This document shows positions 21,101 through 33,009 of a DNA stretch of 64,000 nt, piece by piece. The position numbers and the translations under genes are program-made. The notes beneath the pieces were generated by a model, which did not search any database, had not been told where the DNA came from, and worked only from the letters and a program-made list of their open reading frames with translations. The DNA is taken from NCBI RefSeq assembly GCF_006345805.1, contig NC_043026.1, positions 12,813,579 through 12,877,578 of the forward strand. The letters are read 5' to 3'. How positions within the stretch are numbered: the first letter of the stretch is position 1; each line of letters opens with the position of its first letter. Source of the DNA: Octopus sinensis. Taxonomy: Eukaryota.

Positions 21101-23248
21101 ACTTATGTCAAAAAAGAGTTTATAATAGACGAAGGAACTCGTTAAGGTATATTTCAAACCTTATGTCAAAAAAGAGTTTATTATAGAGGAAGGAACTCGT
21201 TAAGGTATATTTCAAACTTATGTCAAAAAAGAGTTTATAATATACGAAGGAACTCGTTAAGGTATATTTCAAACTTATGTCAAAAAAGAGTTTATAATAG
21301 ACGAAGGAACTTGTTAAGGTATATTTCAAATTTATGTCAAAAAAGAGTTTATAATAGACGAAGGAACTCGTTAAGGTATATTTCAAATTTATGTCAAAAA
21401 AGAGTTTATAATAGACGAAGGAACTCGTTAAGGTATATTTCAAATTTATGTCAAAAAAGAGTTTATAATAGACGAAGGAACTCGTTAAGGTATATTTCAA
21501 ACTTATGTCAAAAAAGAGTTTATAATAGACGAAGGAACTCGTTAAGGTATATTTCAAACTTATGTCAAAAAAGAGTTTATAATAGACGAAGGAACTTGTT
21601 AAGGTATATTTCAAATTTATGTCAAAAAAGAGTTTATAATAGACGAAGGAACTCGTTAAGGTATATTTCAAACTTATGTCAAAAAAGAGTTTATAATAGA
21701 CAAAGGAACTTGTTAAGGTATATTTCAAACTTATGTCAAAAAAGAGTTTATAATAGACGAAGGAACTCGTTAAGGTATATTTCAAACTTATGTCAAAAAA
21801 GAGTTTATAATAGACGAAGGAACTCGTTAAGGTATATTTCAAATTTATGCCAAAAAAGAGTTTATAATAGACGAAGGAACTCGTTAAGGTATATTTCAAA
21901 CTTATGTCAAAAAAGAGTTTATAATAGACGAAGGAACTCGTTAAGGTATATTTCAAACTTATGTCAAAAAAGAGTTTATAATAGACGAAGGAACTCGTTA
22001 AGGTATATTTCAAACCTTATGTCAAAAAAGAGTTTATTATAGAGGAAGGAACTCGTTAAGGTATATTTCAAACCTTATGTCAAAAAAGAGTTTATAATAG
22101 ACGAAGGAACTTGTTAAGGTATATTTCAAATTTATGTCAAAAAAGAGTTTATAATAGACGAAGGAACTCGTTAAGGTATATTTCAAACTTATGTCAAAAA
22201 AGAGTTTATAATAGACGAAGGAACTCGTTAAGGTATATTTCAAACTTATGTCAAAAAAGAGTTTATAATATACGAAGGAACTCGTTAAGGTATATTTCAA
22301 ACTTATGTCAAAAAAGAGTTTATAATAGACGAAGGAACTTGTTAAGGTATATTTCAAATTTATGTCAAAAAAGAGTTTATAATAGACGAAGGAACTCGTT
22401 AAGGTATATTTCAAATTTATGTCAAAAAAGAGTTTATAATAGACGAAGGAACTCGTTAAGGTATATTTCAAATTTATGTCAAAAAAGAGTTTATAATAGA
22501 CGAAGGAACTCGTTAAGGTATATTTCAAACTTATGTCAAAAAAGAGTTTATAATAGACGAAGGAACTCGTTAAGGTATATTTCAAACTTATGTCAAAAAA
22601 GAGTTTATAATAGACGAAGGAACTTGTTAAGGTATATTTCAAATTTATGTCAAAAAAGAGTTTATAATAGACGAAGGAACTCGTTAAGGTATATTTCAAA
22701 CTTATGTCAAAAAAGAGTTTATAATAGACAAAGGAACTTGTTAAGGTATATTTCAAACTTATGTCAAAAAAGAGTTTATAATAGACGAAGGAACTCGTTA
22801 AGGTATATTTCAAACTTATGTCAAAAAAGAGTTTATAATAGACGAAGGAACTCGTTAAGGTATATTTCAAATTTATGCCAAAAAAGAGTTTATAATAGAC
22901 GAAGGAACTCGTTAAGGTATATTTCAAACTTATGTCAAAAAAGAGTTTATAATAGACGAAGGAACTCGTTAAGGTATATTTCAAACTTATGTCAAAAAAG
23001 AGTTTATAATAGACGAAGGAACTCGTTAAGGTATATTTCAAACCTTATGTCAAAAAAGAGTTTATTATAGAGGAAGGAACTCGTTAAGGTATATTTCAAA
23101 CCTTATGTCAAAAAAGAGTTTATAATAGACGAAGGAACTCGTTTGCTGTCGATTTTGGCGAGTCTATCTTTTGACGAGTTAACTCGCCAGAGATAGAAAA
23201 AAACGATTTCGGTCAAAACGCATATATTCGTTTCTGCCGGGTAAGGGG
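18187..23248. mobile_element. Non-autonomous piggyBac-like element carrying a 4.9-kb satellite
   Basis: TTAA (18183-18186) + CCCCTTACCC on the left; GGGTAAGGGG + TTAA (23249-23252) on the right. Confidence 0.78.
18280..23143. repeat. 57-bp satellite array, about 85 monomers
   Basis: Monomer AAGGTATATTTCAAACTTATGTCAAAAAAGAGTTTATAATAGACGAAGGAACTCGTT with few variants. The 19-aa periodicity in the ORF track reflects it. Confidence 0.98.
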
Positions 23249-23799
23249 TTAAATGATACGCATTCTGATAGAAAAGACGCACATCTTTGTTGTTTCAATT
23301 TTTTTATTCCGGGGACAAGAAAAGGAGATAAAACAAAACAATTAGTTGGAGAGAATATTTAACAAATAAACAATTATGTTTTTAATAAATGACAATTCAA
23401 ACTAATGTATAACATGATGGTGATGGTTTTTGTGGTGGCGGTGGTGGTGGGGATGTGAATACTTGCATTTTGGGGACCAATGTGTATACAAAACACTTGA
23501 GTTGTTGAGTAAATGTAAATGAATGCTTTATCAGTTGGAAACAACTGGAATTATTTCAAAATGGATTTTGAGATCTTAAGAGGGAGGAAGTGAAAATCAA
23601 ATCCAAATAACAACAGGAGTGTCTTTGTGATAAGAGGCTTGCTTCCCAACTACATGGTTCCAGGTTCAGTCCCACTGGGTGGCACCTTAAGCAAGTGTCA
23701 TCTACTATAACCAAAGCTTTGTGAGTGGCTTTGGTAGACAGACACAGAAAGAAGTCCATCCTGAATATATGAGTGTGTGTTTGTGTATATATGTATATA

Positions 23800-23815
23800 C
23801 ATATATATATGTATG

Positions 23816-23854
<39 letters not shown>

Positions 23855-23912
23855 TGATAAATATATGAGTGCAATTATGAAGGTGTTTAATCTGTTCTAG
23901 TGCATGTGTGCT

Positions 23913-23943
<31 letters not shown>

Positions 23944-23988
23944 ATATATGTATATATATATACATATATATATAGATAGATAGATAGG

Positions 23989-24025
<37 letters not shown>
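23800..24025. repeat. Compound microsatellites (TA)n, (TG)n, (GATA)n
   Basis: Directly visible. Confidence 0.9.
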
Positions 24026-24026
<1 letters not shown>

Positions 24027-24184
24027 TGGAGTTAAATGCAGGTTTTGTTCAAATTCTTTTACTTCCTGGTACCTGTTTATGTATTTTTTCCGTGTTAATT
24101 GTTAACAAGGAAAAATACTCATTCATTTATATATATATATATCATCATCATCGATTAACGTCTGCTTTCCATGCTAGCATGGGT

Positions 24185-24225
<41 letters not shown>

Positions 24226-24705
24226 TGTGCATCTGTGACTGTCCACCCTCACCATCGTTTGAGAACCAGTGTTGCTGTGTTTACACCCCTATAACTTGGC
24301 AGTTCAGCAAAAAAGACCAATAGAAAAACTACTAAGCTTACAAAGAGTAAGTCCTCGGATCGATTTCTTCAACTAAAGGTGGTGCTCCAGCATGACCACA
24401 TTCAAATTACTGAAGCAAGTAAAGGAATAAGAGAATACATATACATATGTGCCCACATACATATAAGTTAGTTCCTGGTAGATTATTTCCAGAGAAACCC
24501 AACCTGAGCTCTGGGCTGTTGGATTCCAGACCAATACCAAAATTCTTCAAGCGTAAGAAATGCCGGTTTCACAACAGTAACACCATAGTTATGTTACTAT
24601 CATACACAGACATGTATATATATACATACATGTGTATATATAAACATGTGAGTGTGTATGTGTATGTATATACACACATATATATATATATATATACATA
24701 TGTAG

Positions 24706-24910
24706 GTCCCGGGTTGATTCGGGGTTAACCACAGTAAATAAGGTACTCAATACATAGCAGAGTAAAATTAATTTATTATATAGAAGGAGCTTCTACAGGA
24801 CTAGAACTGTTTCATTCAAGAGAAATCTTCAGGAAGCCCTGAAGCTTCCTGAAGATTTCTCTTGAATGAAACAGTTCTAGTCCTGTAGAAGCTCCTTCTA
24901 TATAATAAAT
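24706..24910 (-). mobile_element. Probable Penelope-like element terminal-repeat fragment with an inverted duplication, in a (TA)n tract
   Basis: Perfect 67-bp arms at 24771-24837 and 24844-24910, a hammerhead core followed by AATAAA, and an unpaired extension to 24706. The class assignment is inferred from the known PLE-hammerhead association. Confidence 0.55.
24843..24893 (+). ncRNA. Type I hammerhead ribozyme motif (mirror copy on the minus strand at 24788-24838)
   Basis: Stem I AGCUUC/GAAGCU; CUGAAGA at 24849-24855; stem II UUC/GAA closed by U.U; GAAA at 24868-24871; stem III ACAG/CUGU; GUA cleavage triplet at 24885-24887. Confidence 0.65.
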
Positions 24911-24989
24911 ATATATATATACATACGTATATAAAAATAAGCATATCTATATATATGTGTGTGTATTTATGAGAAGGTTGTATGTTATT

Positions 24990-25320
24990 TCAGGAAAATT
25001 TCTTTATTATTTCTAACAAGACTATGGCTATGCTGGAGCACTGCCTTTAATTGAGGAAATCGACCCCAGGATTTTTTCTTTGTAAGCCTAGTACTTATTC
25101 TATCAGTCTCTTTTGCTAAACTGCTAAGCTATGGGGAACATATACACACACATACATATATATAGAGAATGGGCTTCTTTCAGTTTCCATCTACCAAATC
25201 TACTGACAAGGCTTTGGTTGGCCCCAGGCTATAGTAGAAGTCACTTGTGCAAGGTGCCACACAGTGGGACTGAACCGAGAGCCATGTGGTTGGTAAGCAA
25301 TCTACTTACTACAGAGCCGC
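24990..25320 (-). mobile_element. SINE family A, diverged
   Basis: GCTGGAGCACTGCCTTTA...CAGTGGGACTGAACC...CTACTTACTACAGAGCC. Confidence 0.75.
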
Positions 25321-27929
25321 TCCCACACCTATACACACATAGAAATGTATATACACACAGACATGTATGTATGTGTATATCCATCTATATATACATACAT
25401 ACATAAAGATGTATACACACACACACACACATGAGGAGGCAATGCCGACTACTCCCGGATATATTATAAGTATCCTCTGAACTGTTGCCATATCTTCATT
25501 GCTGTTCGAGCGAAGCAGACTCACAGAATATTTCTGAGACAGAAAGACTTCAAGCCAGTATCAAAACCCAATAACCAACCCTGGTAAATAATATTCTTCT
25601 CCTATTTATTTAACACACAATTTACCACCACATTTACATTGCTAAACATTCATTAGACTTATTTCAAACATAAATATGCTGTTATATAGATATTGTTTTA
25701 TTTGCACACACCATTTTATAGACTAGACGTTGTTTAAACACTTTACAGTGTCACATCACAAGTAAAACCTTTCATTTCCAGAATATAATATAAAGTATGG
25801 TTTGGTTATAACTATGTCAAAACTATTTGATGGAAATGTTCATCTAAGGATACACAATTTTACGTAGTTTAAAGTGGATTTCTAAGTCTCAAGTGAAATT
25901 TAAAATTTGCAAATTAATTTCATGGCAGATAAATTAATTGGCTGTTTTTCATAAACTTAATTTTTTAAAAGCTTTGTTGAGGGAGAAGGGCCTTGCATAC
26001 GACCCTTTCATTTTCCAGGGTCTCTGACAGGGATGAGTGGGAGAAACACATTCTCAAAACAAGGGGCCTAATGTGAATGCAGACAAAAGAGAAATCCTCT
26101 GCTAAAAGCAGCTCAGGGGCCAGCTTTTGGTGTGAAATTTGGTGATAGATTTAGTCTGCAACATAGGGTGGCCACAATGGGATTTGAACTCAGTTCATAA
26201 AGAACCACATTACCTACTGGAAGGCATCGTGTCCAGTATTTAATTCTACCACCTCAAACTAGTATTTAAATTATTGACCCCTGCATAATAAAAGTCAAAG
26301 TTAACCATGCCAGAATTTGAACCCAGAACACAAAGTGTCAGTACTAATACCATTCTAACGACTCTACTAATTGAAATGTTTTTAACTGATTTTTTATTTC
26401 AATATTAAACTTTGTATATAAATGGAATTGTTCTGGTGATTTCATTTCTATTTTATATCTTGAAGCAAACAAGAAGAATTGTTTGAATATTAAACAATTT
26501 GGTGACAACGTATATTTTCTCTCTCAGCACATCTTTATCCTACATCAACATTTTAATGTGCAATGCATTAAATATGTTTTCTCACCATCTTCAATATTAT
26601 TTATCAGATGGATGGCTTCTGAGAATTACTTCACATTGTCTGCATTTATTATAAACTCTATTACAAACAAAGAACAAAGTCCCTAAAATGCCCCTAAAAA
26701 CATATTCAATCATGACAACTTATGGGAGGGTCATGGTTAGAGAGTTTTTGACTATAGCATTGCTAGACAAGAATTAACTTTCAGTTAAAAATCAAAAATG
26801 GAAATCATAGTTTTAATATATTTTAAACAAATGTATTTCTTTTATTTTAAATATATTTACTGTTTATAAAAATAATTTTAATGTTTCAATATTTCAACTT
26901 TATAAATTGTATTTCGGAATTATAAAAGTTAAACATCCTATTAAATTTAAAAAGATTGTATTTTTAATATATTTTTATAAATTACATTTAAATATTGTAT
27001 TTTTAATAATAATAATATATGTTATAAATTTGTATATTTCTTTAAGTTAACCAAGAGAATTGTCTAAAAATTAAACAATTCCAAGGTAACATCAGATATA
27101 CCAACGAACATGCACCTGTGTATAATGTAATTAATCATTTGTTATTACCTGGCCAAGGTACGACCTGGTTATGTTTCTCTAATGATGCTCTCTCAAGCAA
27201 TAATATATTCATAGAAATCAAACAGTTAAACAAGTGAACTTATTCATGTAAAAAGGGGTCAGTTGGCAAAGGCATTCACACATTTTACTAAAAGACTGTT
27301 TCCAGTATCTGCTCTGATGCCCTGAGTTCAATACCTAGTGAGGTCAGCTTTACTTTATATTATGATTGATAAAGAACCAGTCAAGTACTGGAGTGGATTT
27401 GTCATCATTGTTGTTCTTCTTCCTCTTCAACCACTTCTTTCTTTCTATGTGCAAGACATTGCCAGGGGTTACACAAGTAGAGAGAAAGGCTCCTCCAGAT
27501 TTCAAATCTCTTCAAGTCATTCTATATCTTATGTCATCTGGTTGACCACTTTTGATTTTAAATACAGCCAGAGAGGTCAGATCTTCTGATGCTGTTTTTC
27601 AACTTATTTTCCATCAATGTAGACCCAGAGTTTATTTACATGCCTCCTCTTCATCCATTTCCTCCATCCTTCATCGTTCTTCTCTTTGTTTATATTATCA
27701 AGTCTGCAACAACTGTTGTAGTTGACCCTTCCACTTTTTTCAGCCGTTTAAGGCTCTGGTCTCAAAGACACCCATCCGGTCACTGCCACTGTGCTTCTGT
27801 TGTTGTTGTTGTTGTCAACACCAGCTCATTGGCCATTCCCAGCATCAGCTCTGCCACTATAAATCCGTATGGAGTCAGGACCTTTTGGTTTGTGAATCTG
27901 TGGTGTATATATATATATATATATATACA

Positions 27930-29920
27930 CACACAGAGGAGTGGCTGTGTGGTAAGAAGCTTACTTCCCAACCACATAGTTCCGGGTTCAGTTCCACTGC
28001 GTGATACTTTGAGCAAGTGTTTCCTATTATAGCCTCAGGCCAACCAAAGACTTGTGAGAGGATTTGGTAGACGGAAATGAAAGAAGCCCGATATCATCAT
28101 CATCATCATCATCGTTTAACGTCCGCTTTCCATGCTGTCATGGGTTGGACAATTTGAGTGAGGACTGGCGAACCAGATGGTTGCACCAGGTTCCAATCTC
28201 ATCTGGCAGAGTTTCTATAGTTGGATGCCCTTCCTAATGCCAACCATTCCGAGAGTGTACTGGCTGCTTTTACGTTACACCGGCACAAGGGCCAGCCAGG
28301 CGAAACTGGCAACGGCCACACTCAAATGGTGCCTTTTATGTGCCACCTGCACAGGAGCCAGTCCAGCAGCACTGGCAACGACCTCGCTCGAATCATTTTT
28401 TGCGCCACCAGCACAAGTGCCAATGAGGCAATGCTGGTAATGATCACACTCAAATGGTGCTTTTCATGTGCCACCAGCAAGGGAGCCAGACAGCTGCTTT
28501 GGCAATGATCACACGTGGATGGTGCTGTTAGCGCTTCACTGGCACGGGTGCCAGTCATCGAATTTGGTTCAATTTTGATTATATATATATTTATATATTT
28601 AAGGCGGCGAGCTGGCAGAGTGGTTAGCACGCCGGGCGAAATGCGTAGCCGTATTTCGTCTGTCGTTACGTTCCGAGTTCAAATTCCACCGAGGTCGACT
28701 TTGCCTTTCATTCTTTCGGGGTCGATGAATTAAGTACCAGTTACGCACTGAGGTCGATATAATCGACATAATCTCTTTGTCTGTCCTTGTTTGTCCCCTC
28801 TATGTTTAGCCCCTTGTGGGTAGTAAAGAAATATATATTTATATATATATATATAAATGTGTGTATATGTTTGTGTTTATGTTTGTCCCCCAGCTTCGCT
28901 TGACAACCGATTTTGATGTGTTTGCGTCCCTGTATCTTAGCGATTTGGCAAAAGAGACTGATAGAATAAGTATTGGGCATACCAAAGAATAAGAACTGGG
29001 GTCCATTTATATTTAACTACAGGCGGTGCTCCAGCATGGCTGCAGTCAATTGACTGAAACAAATAAAGGAATACAATATATACATTATATATATATATAT
29101 ATATATATACATATGCATACATAACATATATATATATTATGAGAGACAACATAAAGGGGGAATGGTAATGTGGGAGGTGACAAGAATTAGAAGCAGTGGG
29201 GCAAGGGCAGAAGAGTGGCTGTGTGGTAAGAAGCATGCTCGCCAACCACATGTCTCTGGGTTCAGTCCCATTGCATGGCACATTGGGAAAATCAAAACCT
29301 TGTGAGTGGATCTGTTAGACGGAAACTGAAAGAAGCCTGTCATATATATTTATGTGTCTCTGTTTGTCCCACCAACAGAGCTTGACAACCAATATTGGTT
29401 TGATTACATCCCCGTAACTTAGCAATTTGGCTAAAGAGACCAATAGAATAAGTATTGGTCTTAGAAAGAATAAGTCCTGAGGTTGATTTGTTTGACTAAA
29501 GGCAGTGCTCCAGCATGGCCACACTCAAATGACTGAAGCAAGTACAAGAATAAAAGAATATATATATATACACGTGGCCTTACTTGTGCCCGGGCTAGTA
29601 GGGTGCTAAGAGCACCATCCAAGCGTGATCGTTGCCAGAGTGGTTAACTGGCTTCCGTGCCAGTGGCACGTAAAAGACACCATTCGAGCGAGGTCGTTGC
29701 CAGTACCGCCTGACTGGCCCTCCTGCCGGTGGCACGTAAAATGCACCCACTACACTCTCGGAGTGGTTGCCGTTAAGAAGGGCATCCAGCTGTAGAAACT
29801 CTGCCAGATCAACATTGGAGCCTGGTGCAGCCATCTGGTTTGCTAGCCATCAGTCAAAATCGTCCAACCCATGCTAGCATGGAAGGCAGACGTTAAACGA
29901 TGATGATGATGATGATGATA
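27930..29920. mobile_element. Mosaic of SINEs: A head 27930-28092, C (minus) 28093-28580, B 28602-28832, A tail 28850-29070, A 29205-29550, C 29570-29918
   Basis: Each segment matches the family diagnostics defined above. Confidence 0.75.
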
Positions 29921-30159
29921 CATAATACATATATATATTATATATATACATATATATATATATACACATACACACATAATATATATATATGTTTATGTAA
30001 AAGAAGGGAAATGAAATGTTGAAGTTGATATTTAAAAGGAGACAGTGAATGAGAGAGAGAGATGAAAGTAAAAGGGGACATATGAAGGATATAAAATAGG
30101 AAAAGTATGGTTGTTGTTGTTATTGTTTATTATGATGATGATGATGATGTAGGTGGTGA

Positions 30160-31695
30160 GCTGGCAGAACAGTTAGCATGCTGGGCAAAATGCTTGGCAG
30201 CATTTTGGTTGTCTTTACGTTCTGAGTTCAAATATTGCCGATGTCAACTTCCATTCTTTCAGGGTCGATAAAATAAGTACCTTTCGAGTTCTGGGGTCGC
30301 TGTAATCAACTTACCTGCTCCCCTGAAACTGCTGACCTTGTGCTAAAATCTGAAGCCATTCTTATTATTATTAATATTATGATAACTCGTTTGCCGCTAC
30401 AGTCTGAGTTCAAATTCCACCAAGGTCGACTTTGCCTTTCTTCCTTTTGGGGTCAATTCAATAAGTACCAGTTACACACTGGAGTTGTGCAACTGGTACT
30501 TATTCCACCAAATTCCACAAGGTCGACTTTGCCTCTCATCCTTTTTTCTGATTGATAAAATAAGAACCAGTTAGGGGCTGGGTCTGATGTAATCAACTAG
30601 TCCCCTCACCCGAAATTTCAGGCCTTCTTCCTATAGTAAGAAAGGATTATTATTATTATTATTACTGTGACGAGCCGGCAGAATTATGTGGATGCAAAGC
30701 AGAATTTTGACCGTCTTTACATTCTGAGTTCAAATTCCACCAAGGTTGATTTCGCCTTTCATCCTTTTGGGATTGATAAATTAAGTTCTAGCTGAGTACT
30801 GGGGCCCCCTTCCTTGAAATTGCTGGCCTTGTGCCAAAATTCAAAATCAGTTTTATTATAATAGAAATATCGTAAAAAATAGGGATTTTCATAGAAGGCT
30901 AACAAACCTGCCATACACAGACAACTTCAGCTTTATATATAGAGAGATAATTAGGGTTCAGCTAACAGCTTCACCACATCCCGAAATTAGAAATGGGAGT
31001 TAAAAATTCCTTTTCTACTACTATGAGAATCTCCATGACGGTAAACATACTTTTTTACGAAGGCAAAGAGAAAGACAATGAATCAACATGACCAGAATTA
31101 ATTATATTCGTGTTTCGAGATTAAAGTAATTTGAATTTTACTTACTTCTCTCTTTAGTATAATATTTCCAATTTTTATACAATTTCAAAGTGCTATGACT
31201 GAATATGTACACAATCGAGCCTAATTATAATTATATGGATAATTTTACCTATAAAGGTAATTTTAACGTACCAATTGACTTGGTAAAATTGTTAATTAAT
31301 TGATTAATTAATTAATTAATTAAATTAGCGTGCTAGCGGGGTGCAAAGAGCACCATAAGAGTGTGGTCACTGACAGAGCGGCTAACCGGGTTCTTTGCCA
31401 GTGGCACATAAAAGGCACCATTCAAGTGTGATCGTTACCAGCGTCGGCTTACTGGCACTCGAGCCCCGTGCTAGTAGGGTGTTAAGGGCACCATCCGAGC
31501 ATGATCGTTGCCAGAGCGGCTATCTGGCCTCCATGCCGATGGCACGTAAAACACACCATTCGAGTGTGATCGTTACAGCATTGCCTTACTGGCACCTATA
31601 CCAGTGGCATGTGTAAAAGATTCGAGCGAGGTCATTGCCAGTACTGCCTGACTGGCCCCGTGCCAGTGGCACGTAAAAGCACCCACTACAGTTAG
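30160..31695 (+). mobile_element. Old degenerate SINE B pieces (30160-30860) and a truncated family C copy (31325-31695)
   Basis: Repeated CTGAGTTCAAATTCCACCAAGGTCGAC/GCCTTTCATCC motifs and GTGCCAGTGGCACGTAAAAGCACC units. Confidence 0.6.
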
Positions 31696-33009
31696 GTGCT
31701 GGGGTTGATGTAATCGACTAGACCCCACACCCAAAATTTCAGGCCTTGTGCCTATAGTAGAAAGGATTATTATTATTATTATTATCTTCAAATTATCACC
31801 AAAAAAAGATGGGGGCATGGCTGTAAGGTTAAGGAATTCACTTTGCAATCTTGTGGTTTCAGGTTCAGTCCCACTTTGCAGCACCTTAAAGAATTAATTT
31901 CTTCTAATGTTCCAGGTTGACTTAAGCCTTGTGAGTGGGTTTCGTACCTGGAACTGATAAAGCCTATGGTATATACATGTGGGTGTATATTCATGTATGC
32001 ATATCTACATTTGTACTTATGTGTGTATGCATTTATGTGTGTGTGTGTGTGTGCGTGCGTATGTCTGCTCATGTCTCCTTGTTTTGACATCTGCTGCTAA
32101 TTATAAACAAATGTCACGTCAAACAAACAGAGTCGTTTGTTTGCAGTGTTCCACCAGAAAACATATCCAACCATTGTGCTGTTCATGTTGGAAGAACTTG
32201 GGGAAATATTCTCTTGCTTGAAGCCAGCTGAAGATTGGTGACTCTCATCAAGTGTAGTCATAGACTTGACTGAGTGGAACTCACAAGAACCTGGCAAGAA
32301 ACAAAACAAAATTATTAGAAGGAAAATACAGAAAAAAAAATACACCACCTGATGTATTATAAAGGTTTTGACATCCATTTTCCCTAACTGGCATGGGTAG
32401 GACAGTTGACGAGGAAGCAGTGAACCAGAGGACATTGCTGAGCTCCAATGAAAGATTTGGCAAGATTTCTACAGCTGGATGATCTTCTTAACACCAGATA
32501 CACACATACACGTGTGTGTGTGTGTTTATGCGTGCATAAGAGTATATGAATGAATAAACATGGGTTTACTTATGTTTGATTGCACATCTGACTTTGTATG
32601 CTAGCATGGGTTAGATGAATATATTATTGTAGCCTTGTTTTACAGACAGACAGCCTTCCTATTGCTCACCCAAAACCATCTTGCAAGAACAAAAGTTCTT
32701 ATTTCCCATGTCTTCCAAGGTGGGGGTGATTGGTTGACAGATGTTTCTGCTTGGAGCAACTTAAAAGAGATTGCAAACATAAACAAATGCACAGACACCT
32801 ATGCGCACACACACTCAGCTCAAGTTCACTGCTTCCTGTAGCAGAAACAGCTGGAAGCTAATGAAGGTGTCTACGTAACTCTTGTTCTTTTGTCATTCAT
32901 TGATTCATAGCTATAAACATACATGGACACAAATATTTATACATGGGTATGTGAAGGTATATTCATATAGTTTCACACGTGCATTTATGTATATGTGTAT
33001 GTATGTATA

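Noticed and set aside
18469-23070. Long ORFs (905, 887, 334, 319, 297, 243 aa) on both strands of the satellite
   Set aside because: The 57-bp unit is a multiple of three and lacks stops in one frame per strand. The ORFs break exactly at 58-bp variant units, and there is no non-repetitive coding context.
18280-23143. CRISPR-like array
   Set aside because: The units are contiguous with no unique spacers, there are no cas genes, and the context is eukaryotic.
25528-25600. Possible small minus-strand exon (AG...|GTGAGT) in the unique region
   Set aside because: Splice-like sites alone; no recognisable protein and no partner exons.
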